From Oculatellaceae cyanobacterium bins.114 (GTDB lineage: Bacteria; Cyanobacteriota; Cyanobacteriia; Elainellales; Elainellaceae): 64,000 bases of DNA. Each line of letters opens with the position of its first letter. The first letter of the stretch is position 1. A program made the translations under genes and the position numbers. Where the stretch lies: assembly GCA_033764315.1 (NCBI GenBank), contig JANRJA010000077.1, forward strand, positions 32,001-96,000, read 5' to 3'. The notes beneath the pieces were generated by a model. It worked only from the letters and a program-made list of their open reading frames with translations, did no database searches and was not told where the DNA came from. Below are positions 47,267-58,003 of the stretch, in pieces.

Positions 47267-48928
47267 ATGTTTAAAGACATTACAAAAACACGACTGATTA
47301 ATAGTCTGTTTTTGATAGGTTTTCCTATCATTTACATCATTACTTATGTCGTTATTAGTCATCAAAAGGGGCCCTATTATTGGACTCCTAACCAGGATCC
47401 AGATTATGCCTATTTAATGGATTCATTAAATATCGTTAATAGCAGAAGTCCTGGCATTTTTCAGCATCCTGGCACAACCGCGCAAGTGCTAGGAGCATTG
47501 GTTATTATTGGCAGTTATTCGATTCAATCTCTGTTCAATTCTGGGCTTGCATCGATTAATGAAACGGTGTTGAGCAACCCAGAGCTTTACTTAGAGCTAA
47601 TCAACTACGCCATTATTGGGATCACGGCCTTTTGCTTGCTCTTATTGGGGTTTGTTTGTTATCAAGTTAGCCATAACATCTTCTTGAGTTTGATCTTGCA
47701 AACAACGCCCTTTGTCATGGCACTGTCGATCGCTGAACATGAGCCGAGTCGGGTGGCTCCCGAAGGGTTATTGTTTTGTGCCAGCCAATTATTAGCAACT
47801 CTTTTAGTAATTTATCTATTCAAACCAACTGTTGAACGATCGCCTTGGTTTGCCATTAGTTTTGGCATCGTTTTTGGGCTGGGCTTGGTGAGCAAACTGA
47901 CCTTTTTGCCCATGTTGTTATTCATCATTGTTGTTGCAGGTATCTGGCAAAAACTGTTAACGATCCTCGCTACCATCATCACCTTTTTTATTGCTACTCT
48001 GCCCATTTTTGATAAATACGCCAATATCGGAAATTGGTTTATTGCATTAGCCATTCGGGATGAACCCTATGGACGAGGTGAGGTGCAATTAATCAACATC
48101 GAAACGATCCTCAAAAATCTAGGACGTCTCTCTCAAAGAGATGCGCTTTTGATCTATTTAACGGGTCTCTTATTGTTAGGGTGTATTGGGGTATTTTTGC
48201 TCTCAAAATATGGCAAAGGTGAGTTAAAAATCAGTCTAGAAGCTATCCACACAAAGCGGTTGTTATTACTCTCTAGCCTGACAGCGATCGCCGTGATTGC
48301 GCAACTATTACTCACTGCCAAAGAATATTACCAAAGCCGTTATTTAATGCCCTCGATTGGGCTGGCAGGGTTTATTATTTTTTTACTCGTTCAGATTTAT
48401 TTACCTGTGATCTTGGCTCTGGGGCGCGACCTTTTAGATCGTCCAAGTTTAACAGAGTTTGTGTTGGCGATCGCATTGGGGTTGGCGATCGCGTTAGGAA
48501 TCTATCAAACCTATACAGCTTCTCGATTAATCGTCGATCGGAGTGCAGCTTTTCGTGCCGATACGGCTCAAATTCAAACCCTATTGAATACTCCAGAATA
48601 CAGTTCTTGCGTCTTAACCCTATCCAGACGAGCCGCAACAATTCCGTCTGCGCTGCACTTTGCCCAATTTTGGACAGGTAATCAATTTGGTGACGTTCTC
48701 ACTCAACTCTATCCCCAGGCGTTGTTTCACAACGAAGATAATAAGGTGTATGAAAACTACAGCCAGCGAGTGAAATTAGAGGATATTTCTGAACAGGGAC
48801 AGCGATGTGTTGTGTTTCAAACCAATCCTTTGAGAGGCCGTCGTGCCGAGCGATTTGGGCCTAAACAACCCATCGAAGAAATTTTTGTCGGGAAAGTACA
48901 AGCTCTATATCGGATTAAAACGAACTAG
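47267..48928 (+). CDS. Polytopic membrane protein, probable GT-C fold glycosyltransferase
   Basis: About 12 TM helices; DPDY and HPG in the first loop; SK..F; RYL.P. Confidence 0.6.
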   Translation: MFKDITKTRLINSLFLIGFPIIYIITYVVISHQKGPYYWTPNQDPDYAYLMDSLNIVNSRSPGIFQHPGTTAQVLGALVIIGSYSIQSLFNSGLASINETVLSNPELYLELINYAIIGITAFCLLLLGFVCYQVSHNIFLSLILQTTPFVMALSIAEHEPSRVAPEGLLFCASQLLATLLVIYLFKPTVERSPWFAISFGIVFGLGLVSKLTFLPMLLFIIVVAGIWQKLLTILATIITFFIATLPIFDKYANIGNWFIALAIRDEPYGRGEVQLINIETILKNLGRLSQRDALLIYLTGLLLLGCIGVFLLSKYGKGELKISLEAIHTKRLLLLSSLTAIAVIAQLLLTAKEYYQSRYLMPSIGLAGFIIFLLVQIYLPVILALGRDLLDRPSLTEFVLAIALGLAIALGIYQTYTASRLIVDRSAAFRADTAQIQTLLNTPEYSSCVLTLSRRAATIPSALHFAQFWTGNQFGDVLTQLYPQALFHNEDNKVYENYSQRVKLEDISEQGQRCVVFQTNPLRGRRAERFGPKQPIEEIFVGKVQALYRIKTN

Positions 48929-49713
48929 TGGCGTTTTTCTAGCTCGATTGTCATAAACATCGCTAAATATCGGTTCAACGGCGATAATACCCACTCAAGC
49001 AAGTGAACAAAGGGGTAACACCAAGACGGCAACAACTGTCTAAACGACAACCCCCCACTCAGCAAATATTTGAAGGGAGTATGCAGACGAATCGACCGTA
49101 ATCGCAAGTCTGGAAACTCTTTTTGAAAGGTTTCTATATCCCTAAAAAAAATAATCCAGGGAATTGCAATATTGGCTCCGCTGAGCGGCCCTCCTTCCTC
49201 AAACCCCCATCCTCCTTGGTCGTCAAATGGCTCTGGATGAAAATTACTAAAAATAAATTTGCCCCACAGGGTATTGGCAGGTTCAATCATCACCACCTTG
49301 CCACCCACTTTGAGACACCGTTGCATCTCTCGGAAAAACTGTCGCGAATCCTTGATGTGGTGTAGCACATCCGTCATCAGAAATGCGCTGACACTGTCAT
49401 CAGCTAAGGGAATATCTAATGCTGAAAAAACCTTATCTACTCCGTCATAGGGCAACACATCGGAGGTGATGAGGCGAGGTAACTCCGTTTTTAGGAAGCT
49501 GGCTCCGCTGCCCAACTCAATCAGTTCACCATCAGCAGGAACAGTTTTAACTCTACGAATAATATCGCGGTAGAAACTTTTGTAGGTGTTCACTAAAAAT
49601 GGTTTGCGCTTAATAATGCGTCGAATCACATAAATGCTAGCCGGATCGTCATGATCATCAATTTGAAGCTCTTTTGGTAACTTCAATCCACTCAATAAAC
49701 CTTGTTTTCCCAT
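48925..49713 (-). CDS. Class I SAM-dependent methyltransferase
   Basis: IELGSG, TSDV, DVLHH, LK.GG.V.MIEP. Confidence 0.85.
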   Translation of the reverse strand: MGKQGLLSGLKLPKELQIDDHDDPASIYVIRRIIKRKPFLVNTYKSFYRDIIRRVKTVPADGELIELGSGASFLKTELPRLITSDVLPYDGVDKVFSALDIPLADDSVSAFLMTDVLHHIKDSRQFFREMQRCLKVGGKVVMIEPANTLWGKFIFSNFHPEPFDDQGGWGFEEGGPLSGANIAIPWIIFFRDIETFQKEFPDLRLRSIRLHTPFKYLLSGGLSFRQLLPSWCYPFVHLLEWVLSPLNRYLAMFMTIELEKRH

Positions 49714-49748
49714 GACAGTCCATTCTATTGCACGTCTTGATACTGCAC

Positions 49749-50471
49749 CTATAACTTGACGGCTTCGATTAACAGTGAGCCACCAATTTGTTTGAGAAAG
49801 GTTTTGGAAATCAATGTTTCTAACTTGATCACCGTATCGATCCACTTTTCAGGAACAGAGGGATGCAGAAATTCGTAAGGTGTGACGGTGATCCGAGAAA
49901 AGCCTGCCCGTTTGAGCGATCGCCGGATTTGCCAAGCTGTAAAAGCATATTCATCTGGGCTATCCCCTAACCGTTTTTTGATGGGGGGAACTGTCTTTTG
50001 AATAAAGATCTGTGGATTTAACAAATTGGGTTCTGAGAACCGAATCACTCCACCGGGTTTAAGCTTGGTATAAAACCCTTGGAGGGCTAGATTCCAATCT
50101 AAGTGGTGCAACACAGAGCAACCAACAATGGCATCAAAACTGTTATCTGGAAACTCCAGATTGTGAGCATCCATTGCCGCAAAATGGACTGAGGGTGCTC
50201 TAGACCGTGCAATGTTAACCAGGTCTTCGCTAATGTCGATCGCCGTTAGATGAGAATAGACATCGGCTAAACCAACCGTAAAAGTGCCAGACCCCGCTCC
50301 GACTTCTAAGACCTCACCCTCAGCTTGCGCCAGTGCCTGGGCTAGATAGTTAAAGCGACGCTTCCAGCGAATTTGACCCGCAGGCGTTTTCCATCCCCAA
50401 TTATTTTCTTCGGTGGCGATAATCACCTTGCCGTGTTGACGTTCTCGCTCTAACCGTTGTTGTAGGGTCAT
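49749..50471 (-). CDS. Class I SAM-dependent methyltransferase
   Basis: VLEVGAGSG, IDIS, MDAHNL.F.D.SFD, VLHH, LKPGG. Confidence 0.9.
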   Translation of the reverse strand: MTLQQRLERERQHGKVIIATEENNWGWKTPAGQIRWKRRFNYLAQALAQAEGEVLEVGAGSGTFTVGLADVYSHLTAIDISEDLVNIARSRAPSVHFAAMDAHNLEFPDNSFDAIVGCSVLHHLDWNLALQGFYTKLKPGGVIRFSEPNLLNPQIFIQKTVPPIKKRLGDSPDEYAFTAWQIRRSLKRAGFSRITVTPYEFLHPSVPEKWIDTVIKLETLISKTFLKQIGGSLLIEAVKL

Positions 50472-50549
50472 AAATAAACTGAAGAGTCTAAAATTCAAGG
50501 ATGACTAGAGGGCAGGTTGATCAGGCTAAACCCCGATATTGCCCAACGA

Positions 50550-51893
50550 CTAAGAAATAAACTTAACCGACCAGAGAGCTTGCCAAACCACTCTCAACAT
50601 GATCAAACCATTTCTAATGCGTTTCGTCATCTTAGTAGTACCTTCCAATCGCTCAAAATAGCGCACAGGTAATTGAGCCATCTTGAGACCATAGCGAGAG
50701 GCACCAAAAATCAGATTGTAGTCACCCCAAACATCCGAGTGCTTCAAATTGGCTTTCATTTCTTCAAAAAGGGGCCAATCTCTACGCCAATAGACTTTTG
50801 TGCCACACAACGTATCGGTCGTGCGCTCGTCTAAAACATAGGTAAACAGAATGGAGAATCCCCAGTTGCCGACAATATTGGCAAAGCGCATGGCTCCTGC
50901 TTCACCGGGATACACCAGACGGGTGCCATGAATAAAATCAGCCCTGCGACGACGCATCGCCTCATAAAATTGAGGTAGATCTTCTGGAATAACCGTTAAA
51001 TCTGCATCCAAAATCATGCAGATATCCCCCGTCGCAAACTTCATTCCTTCGCGAACGGCTTCTCCTTTGCCTTTGCCCAACCCCTGCACTAAAACGACAT
51101 TTTTGTCGGGGAAGCGTTGCTGAAAATAGAGGATTTTTTCTTCGGTGCTGTCGGTGCTCTTATCGTTAATGAAGAGAATCTCAACCGATTGACCAAATGA
51201 GGGCATCCGACGAATCACCGCCTCAATGTTGTTCTCCTCATTTTTGCAGGGAACAAGAACCGTTGTGGAATAGTCTCTTGGGCTTCCTTCTGCACTTTTT
51301 CTGGCGATAAAAATGCTATTTAGAGACAGGTTTCGCAACACAGGAAGCCGTACCAAAAAGTTGTCGAATATCGAGCTTAGAATAGGGATTTCACGAGGGA
51401 GCATAAACCGTCTAATCTTCTTAACATGCTCCCAACCTGACATTTCCAAAAAGCAATCTAGGTCGCTATCAAAATAGAAATTACCAATTCCTCGTTGTCT
51501 AGAGAAACCAAGAGAAGCCGCCAATTCAAAGAGTGGTGCCCAAAGACAGTTGAAATTGCTATAAACCACTTTTGCATGGTCAGGAAGCTTATTTCTTAAC
51601 TGAGAAAAAAATTCAATGATGTCGTAGATATCAGTGACTGGGTCAACAATTAAAACGTAGTCTATGGTTGACAGGTCATAGTCAAGATCTTTTAATCGTT
51701 CACTAAAATCAAGAATATCTTGAGTCGTGTATAGCCAAATTTGCTGCTCTGAAGTGACATGAGAAGGAATGATAGAGCGATAGAATTTAGTCAGCCGCCG
51801 CCGCCATTGAGGAGTAATAACGCCATCTTTGATTGTGCCTTCTAGAGACGTTTTGCGGTTGAGCTTGGGGTTTTCTAAAATCGATCGCATCAT
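50550..51893 (-). CDS. GT2 glycosyltransferase with a degenerate methyltransferase-like N-domain
   Basis: VPCKNE, INDKSTD, GKGEAV, ILDADL, DTLCGTK. Confidence 0.88.
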   Translation of the reverse strand: MMRSILENPKLNRKTSLEGTIKDGVITPQWRRRLTKFYRSIIPSHVTSEQQIWLYTTQDILDFSERLKDLDYDLSTIDYVLIVDPVTDIYDIIEFFSQLRNKLPDHAKVVYSNFNCLWAPLFELAASLGFSRQRGIGNFYFDSDLDCFLEMSGWEHVKKIRRFMLPREIPILSSIFDNFLVRLPVLRNLSLNSIFIARKSAEGSPRDYSTTVLVPCKNEENNIEAVIRRMPSFGQSVEILFINDKSTDSTEEKILYFQQRFPDKNVVLVQGLGKGKGEAVREGMKFATGDICMILDADLTVIPEDLPQFYEAMRRRRADFIHGTRLVYPGEAGAMRFANIVGNWGFSILFTYVLDERTTDTLCGTKVYWRRDWPLFEEMKANLKHSDVWGDYNLIFGASRYGLKMAQLPVRYFERLEGTTKMTKRIRNGLIMLRVVWQALWSVKFIS

Positions 51894-52137
51894 AATTTTT
51901 TAGAATAGTGTTACGTGAACCCTTGCAATGGTATTCGTCTGTTCTCAAATCTCAATCAGTTGTCTGACAAAAATTCTAAAATAGAATGATTATGTGAAAT
52001 TATGGTTGACAAGATTGCAAGTTGTGGAATGCGATTTGCCAATAGAAAGATTTTTGTAAGGAAAAAATAAAGATACGTCAAAAAGATAATAATACATTTT
52101 CCATGAATTTTATCACTCGCCTTATTTCTGCTGGTTC

Positions 52138-53505
52138 GTGACTCAGAACCCACGCCAATCTGCCTTTTTAGCCCTTCGAGCTGTGCACCGAGGGGCATTT
52201 GTAGATGTAGCTCTTGACCGAGTGCTACAGCAGAATGCATTGACTGAACTCGATCGTGGTTTATTCACCGAATTAGTGTATGGCTGTGTCAGACAGCAGC
52301 GATCGCTAGATGCTCTGATCGACCAACTCGCCACCAAAAAGGCTCACCAACAACCACCCGATCTCAGGCTAATTTTGCAGATTGGCTTGTATCAACTGCG
52401 CTATTTGCACCATATTCCGGCCTCAGCCGCTGTGAATACGACGGTTGAGTTAGCCAAAACAAACGGATTGCAGGGGCTAACAGGGTTTGTCAATGGGGTG
52501 CTGCGGCAATATGTTCGATTAGCAGCACAAGACGGGTTGCAAGGGGTTGATCCGCTGACCTTGCCTGACGATCCGGTTGTGGCTCTAGGGATGCAATATA
52601 GTTACCCAGATTGGATGGTGCGGGTGTGGTTAGAGCAATTTGGTTGGGCAGAGACAACGGCATTGTGCCAAGCATTAAATCAAACCCCGCATATTGACTT
52701 GCGGGTCAATCAGTTGCGTAGCTCGGTAGAGACAGTAGAGACAGCCATGCAGGAAGCGGGCATTGCGATCGCCCCTTTTCCTCCTCTACCCCATGCGTTA
52801 CGGCTACTCAAGCCTGTGGGTTCCATTCGTCATCTCCCTGGCTTTGAGCAGGGGTGGTGGGTGGTGCAAGATGCCAGTGCTCAACTGGTTAGCCATTTGC
52901 TCGACCCGCAACCTGGAGAAACGGTGATTGACGCTTGTGCGGCACCTGGCGGCAAAACCACTCATATAGCAGAGCTAATGGGCGATCGCGGTGTGATTTG
53001 GGCGTGCGATCGCACAGCTTCTCGGCTCAAACGTTTGCAAGAAAATGTGCAGCGGTTGGGGTTAACCTCAATTCAAACCTGTGCCGAAGATAGCCGCCAC
53101 ATTACCCGATTGGCTAACCAAGCTGATCGCGTGCTAATTGATGCGCCTTGCTCTGGGTTGGGTACTCTGCACCGTCACGCTGATGCTCGTTGGCGACAAA
53201 CCCCCGACTCGGTTTTAGAGCTTGTCCAACTGCAAACCGAGTTGTTGGCTCAAGCGGCGACCTGGGTCAAACCAGGGGGTGTGTTGGTGTACTCGACCTG
53301 CACTTTACATCCGCTAGAAAATGAGGCGATCGCCCAGAATTTTTTGGCGACCCATCCAGATTGGCAAATTGATCCACCTCGACTAGACCATCCTGCTGCA
53401 TTGTTTGTCACTCCACCCGGTTGGATCAAAGTGCTGCCCCACCACCATCAAATGGATGGCTTTTTTATGGTGCGTCTACGGCGATCGCATGGACTGCCCA
53501 ATTGA
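52138..53505 (+). CDS. rsmB: 16S rRNA (cytosine967-C5)-methyltransferase
   Basis: NusB-like N-domain; VQDASAQ, DACAAPGGKT, DAPCSG, YSTCT, DGFF. Confidence 0.95.
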   Translation: MTQNPRQSAFLALRAVHRGAFVDVALDRVLQQNALTELDRGLFTELVYGCVRQQRSLDALIDQLATKKAHQQPPDLRLILQIGLYQLRYLHHIPASAAVNTTVELAKTNGLQGLTGFVNGVLRQYVRLAAQDGLQGVDPLTLPDDPVVALGMQYSYPDWMVRVWLEQFGWAETTALCQALNQTPHIDLRVNQLRSSVETVETAMQEAGIAIAPFPPLPHALRLLKPVGSIRHLPGFEQGWWVVQDASAQLVSHLLDPQPGETVIDACAAPGGKTTHIAELMGDRGVIWACDRTASRLKRLQENVQRLGLTSIQTCAEDSRHITRLANQADRVLIDAPCSGLGTLHRHADARWRQTPDSVLELVQLQTELLAQAATWVKPGGVLVYSTCTLHPLENEAIAQNFLATHPDWQIDPPRLDHPAALFVTPPGWIKVLPHHHQMDGFFMVRLRRSHGLPN

Positions 53506-53649
53506 ATCGTTTGAGGGTGGTATAAAGGGCAGTTTTGAGGGCTTGACGGCTACAGGATTGGCTTAGTTTAGAAGAAATGGTCAATAATCAATGGGTGACA
53601 AAAATTGACGATTGACCATTATTGAACAGAACCATTGTTAAACAGAGGT

Positions 53650-53859
53650 CTAGTTTCCTGGAACTTCATCATCTACTTCTGGAACGATATCAGGACGTTC
53701 TTTGTCTTCCCATCCGGGAGGACGCTTAGAGTTATACCAGGCGATCGAACCAATGCTAACAGCCGCAATAAAACCGACAACATACACTAGCGTAAAAGAA
53801 ATGGGAAAATGACCACCAGCATTGTCTAGACCAGCAGCAGCTTCCATTAAGGTCATCAT
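53650..53859 (-). CDS. psb35: Single-TM small protein, Psb35-like photosystem II assembly factor
   Basis: YVVGFIAAV.IGSIAWYNSKRP.GWE motif recognised from memory. Confidence 0.7.
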   Translation of the reverse strand: MMTLMEAAAGLDNAGGHFPISFTLVYVVGFIAAVSIGSIAWYNSKRPPGWEDKERPDIVPEVDDEVPGN

Positions 53860-53944
53860 GTGTAATTAACTCCTAATACAAAGACTAATTCAAACTATAA
53901 ATCAGACTATAAAGAGAACTTAGGGTAAAGCATCCTTCTTAAGT

Positions 53945-54649
53945 ATGTCAGTTTCTTCGTCAGCAAAATTTTCTGCTCTGATTCAACCCCTCCACCAGGG
54001 ATTGATCGTCTCCTGTCAGGCTCCGGTTGACTCTCCATTACACGACCCCTCAGTGATTGCGGCGATCGCCCAAGCCTCAGTTAATCAAGGAGCCATTGGA
54101 GTCCGAATTGATACCCCAGCCCACATTCAAGCGGTGCGATCGCGCATTACCGTTCCTATCATCGGGTTATGGAAGCAACAAATCCCAGGTTATAGCGTTT
54201 ACATCACTCCTCGGTTTGAGCACGCCCAAGCAGTCGCTGTCGCTGGGGCAGACATCATTGCGATTGATGCCACTGTGCGATCGCGCCCAGGTCAGGAAAC
54301 CGTTGCGACTCTGATTGAGCAAATTCACACCCAACTCGATAAGCCTGTGATGGCGGATGTCGATACCTTAGCGGGGGCGATCGCTGCGGCTGAGGCAGGA
54401 GCCGACATTGTCGGCACAACCCTCTATGGATATACCGACGCCACTCGCCAATATAAGCCACCCGGATTTGACCTGCTCAGTCAATTGGTGCAACACCTTA
54501 CCATCCCGATCATTTGCGAAGGTGGCATCGCGTCGCCACAAATGGCTCGACAAGCACTCAAACTAGGAGCTTACGCCGTAGTTGTAGGAACGGCAATTAC
54601 TGGAATCGACCTGTTAGTACAGCAATACCTGACAGGCATGAAAGAGTGA
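53945..54649 (+). CDS. nanE: N-acetylmannosamine-6-phosphate 2-epimerase
   Basis: GLIVSCQA, PIIGLWK, YITP, VMAD, GTTLYGYT, EGG, VVGTAIT. Confidence 0.93.
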   Translation: MSVSSSAKFSALIQPLHQGLIVSCQAPVDSPLHDPSVIAAIAQASVNQGAIGVRIDTPAHIQAVRSRITVPIIGLWKQQIPGYSVYITPRFEHAQAVAVAGADIIAIDATVRSRPGQETVATLIEQIHTQLDKPVMADVDTLAGAIAAAEAGADIVGTTLYGYTDATRQYKPPGFDLLSQLVQHLTIPIICEGGIASPQMARQALKLGAYAVVVGTAITGIDLLVQQYLTGMKE

Positions 54650-55093
54650 TGAGAGGATGAGGAATTCAAGGAAATTACGATACAGAGGGTAAAAGGAATC
54701 TCCAACCTCAGCCTTGCCTCCTCCCATTCACCTATTTCTAAACTCACCACTCAACCACTGACCATCCCTATTCTGTAATTTTTATGAAGGACTAGCCTGT
54801 AACTCTACGGAGCATATCGAGAAAGGCTACTACCTCTGGTTAAGGAGGGCTTGAAGGCCAAAGCCATTATCTAAAACCCTCTATAGCCCAAACTATAAAA
54901 ATAAGGATGAGGGGCTTAACCCCTTTTTTAGTCATTTTTAATACTTTATTTCTTTATAAAACTAAATTTCGTGCCTTGAATGGCAATGATTCTTAATCAA
55001 ACCAGCGTTGGGTTCATCTTGCGAAGGGCTGAAATTGAGGGAACTATACAGATATAGATTTTGTGTGTCTTAAATAACACTTTAACTTTAGTC

Positions 55094-58003
55094 ATGTCTT
55101 ATTACCCCATACGAGTCCTCGTCATTGAAGATGATGAGGACGATTACATCATTACTAAAGGGTTATTTGCTGAGATCGAACCTAATCGGTTCAGTTTAGA
55201 TTGGGTAAATACCTACGATGTCGCTTTAGAAGCGATCATCAACAATCAACATGATGTTTATTTGGTCGATTACCGTTTGGGGGCTAAAAATGGGCTAGAG
55301 CTAATTCAAACTGCGATCGCCTCAGGATGCAAAGCACCTATGATCTTGGTGACAGGTCAAGGAGATCATGATGTAGATATCGCAGCTATGAAGGCTGGCG
55401 TTGCCGATTATTTAGTCAAAGGACAAATCGATGCTTTATTGCTAGAGCGGTCAATTCGGTATGCCATTGAGCGCAAACGAACCCTAGAAGACCTGCGACA
55501 AGCCCTGAGAGACAATGACCAACTAGCACTGGCAATCGAGAATGTCACAACAGGGGTGGTCATTACAGCCCCTCATTTGCCTGGTAATCCAGTGATTTTT
55601 GTCAATCCTGCTTTTACAGCCATTACAGGTTTTAATCCCGAAGACATCATGGGAGAAAACTGTCGTTTGTTGCAAGGGCCTGACACCGATGTAAACGCGA
55701 TCAAGGAGATTCAACAGGCGATCGCCAACCGACAACCCATTACCTGCACGTTGCTCAACTATCGCAAAGATGGGACTCCCTTTTGGAATGAGTTGCAGAT
55801 TAACCCCGTCTTTGATGCTCAAGGTCAGTTGACCAGTTTCATTGGCTTACAAAATGATGTCACAGCCCGCAAACAAGCAGAAGATGCGTTAGATCGGCTC
55901 CGTCATTTGCATGAGCTAATTCTCAACTCGGCAGGGGAAGGCATTTACGGGTTAGATCTGAACGGCAATGGCATTTTCTTTAATCCTGCGGCGGCTCGCA
56001 TGTTGGGGTGGGAGGTCAATGAGTTAATTGGTAAACCAATTGACGCCATCTTGCATCACTCCAACCGAGATATTCCTCCTCCACAAGTGGCTTGCTTGAT
56101 TGAATTAACCCTGCGAGATGGCCTGGTGCACCATGTCGATGATGATGTGTTTTGGCGTAAAGATGGCACTTGCTTTTCGGTAGAGTACATCAGCACCCCC
56201 ATCTGGGAAAACGACCAACTAGTCGGGACGGTTGTGACCTTTCAAGATATTACCGAGCGCAAATGCTCAGAAGAGGCATTGCGAGAGAGTGAAGAACGCT
56301 ATGCTCTGGCAGTGCAAGGGGCAAATGATGGCATTTGGGATTGGAATCTTAGAACGGGAAATTTCTATTTTTCACCCCGTTGGAAAGCCATGTTGGGCTA
56401 TGGAGAGAGTGAAATTGGCGCGACCCAAACCGAGTGGTTTAGCCGAATTCATGTTGACGATTACTCGCGAGTTGAACGAGAAATCAAGGCACATCTCGAA
56501 GGGTTGACCCCTCATTTTGAGAATGAACATCGCATGCTGCATCGAGATGGCACCTATCGCTGGATGTTAAGCCGTGGCTTGGCAGTTCGGGATGCGGAGG
56601 GGCATGTCTCTCGCATTGCTGGCTCTCAAACCGATATCACAGCCCATAAACAGGCTGAGCAACGATTGTTACACAACGCCCTTTATGACGCTCTGACTGA
56701 TCTACCCAATCGGGCTTTGTTAATGGAGCGGTTGCATCATGTGGTGCAATGGGCACAACGGCATCACGATTACAGTTTTGCAGTTTTGTTTTTAGATCTC
56801 GATCGCTTTAAGGTGATTAACGATAGTTTGGGGCATATGATGGGCGATCGCCTCTTGATTGCGATCTCTCGTCGTCTGTCCAATTGCCTGCGCCCCGGTG
56901 ATACCATTGCCCGTCTCGGTGGAGATGAGTTTGTAATCTTGCTAGAGGGCATTCAAGACACCAAAGACGTCACCTCAGTCGCCGATCGCATTCAACACGA
57001 GTTAGCTCAACCGTTTAATCTAGAGGGACACGACATCTATACCAGTGCCAGCATTGGCATTGCCCTCAGCACCACCGATTATGAGTCTGCGGTCAGTTTG
57101 CTGCGCGATGCTGATACGGCTATGTATCGAGCCAAGGCGATGGGCAAATCTCGGTATGAAATCTTTGATCGGGGGATGCACGTTTGTGCCGTTGCTTTGT
57201 TGCAACTTGAGACAGACTTGAGACGGGCGATCGATCGCAAAGAATTGCAGATTCACTATCAACCCATCGTCTCACTCAAAAATTGCCGAGTTGTTGGGTT
57301 TGAGGCTTTGTTACGCTGGCATCATCCCGAAAGAGGCATGATTTCTCCAGCAGAATTTGTGCCCATTGCCGAAGAAATGGGATTGATTGTGCCGATGGGG
57401 TTATGGGTGCTCCAAGAAGCCTGTGCTCAAATGCGAGAGTGGCACTTGCGGTTTCCTGATCAATTGCCTCTAACAGTGAGTGTCAACCTGTCAGGCAAAC
57501 AGTTTGCCCCTGAGTTGATTCATCAAATTAACCAGATCTTGCGGCACACTCAACTGGGGGCACAATACCTGCGATTAGAGATCACCGAAAGTGTGTTAAT
57601 GGAGAACACTGACTCAGCCGCCATGATGTTGTCAGAATTGCAAGCAATGGGCATTCGATTATCGATGGATGATTTTGGCACAGGATATTCCTCATTGAGT
57701 TACCTGCATCGCTTCCCAGTAGACACCTTGAAAATCGACCGCTCTTTTATTAACAAAATCGATCGCGATGGAGAGCAGTTGGCAATTGTTAGAACAATTA
57801 TGACGCTTGCCTGGAACCTGGGTATGGACGTGATTGCAGAGGGCATAGAAACCCTAATGCAGCTTGCCCAACTGCGTTCTCTAAAATGTGAGTATGGGCA
57901 GGGTTATTTCTTCTCAAAACCTCTAGACAGCGAAGCGGCTGAACGGTTGATTGCGAAAGAACCTGTTTGGAGTAGTCCTCATAATGTTGCGTCCTCGCAA
58001 TGA
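55094..58003 (+). CDS. REC-LOV-PAS-PAS-GGDEF-EAL c-di-GMP enzyme
   Basis: IEDDEDD receiver; GENCRLLQG and NYRKDG.PFWN (LOV); RLGGDEF; FEALLRW; DDFGTGYSSL. Confidence 0.93.
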   Translation: MSYYPIRVLVIEDDEDDYIITKGLFAEIEPNRFSLDWVNTYDVALEAIINNQHDVYLVDYRLGAKNGLELIQTAIASGCKAPMILVTGQGDHDVDIAAMKAGVADYLVKGQIDALLLERSIRYAIERKRTLEDLRQALRDNDQLALAIENVTTGVVITAPHLPGNPVIFVNPAFTAITGFNPEDIMGENCRLLQGPDTDVNAIKEIQQAIANRQPITCTLLNYRKDGTPFWNELQINPVFDAQGQLTSFIGLQNDVTARKQAEDALDRLRHLHELILNSAGEGIYGLDLNGNGIFFNPAAARMLGWEVNELIGKPIDAILHHSNRDIPPPQVACLIELTLRDGLVHHVDDDVFWRKDGTCFSVEYISTPIWENDQLVGTVVTFQDITERKCSEEALRESEERYALAVQGANDGIWDWNLRTGNFYFSPRWKAMLGYGESEIGATQTEWFSRIHVDDYSRVEREIKAHLEGLTPHFENEHRMLHRDGTYRWMLSRGLAVRDAEGHVSRIAGSQTDITAHKQAEQRLLHNALYDALTDLPNRALLMERLHHVVQWAQRHHDYSFAVLFLDLDRFKVINDSLGHMMGDRLLIAISRRLSNCLRPGDTIARLGGDEFVILLEGIQDTKDVTSVADRIQHELAQPFNLEGHDIYTSASIGIALSTTDYESAVSLLRDADTAMYRAKAMGKSRYEIFDRGMHVCAVALLQLETDLRRAIDRKELQIHYQPIVSLKNCRVVGFEALLRWHHPERGMISPAEFVPIAEEMGLIVPMGLWVLQEACAQMREWHLRFPDQLPLTVSVNLSGKQFAPELIHQINQILRHTQLGAQYLRLEITESVLMENTDSAAMMLSELQAMGIRLSMDDFGTGYSSLSYLHRFPVDTLKIDRSFINKIDRDGEQLAIVRTIMTLAWNLGMDVIAEGIETLMQLAQLRSLKCEYGQGYFFSKPLDSEAAERLIAKEPVWSSPHNVASSQ

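Noticed and set aside
54650-55060. Possible c-di-GMP riboswitch upstream of the GGDEF-EAL gene
   Set aside because: Only a short hairpin (aggggcttaacccct) is seen; no GEMM consensus
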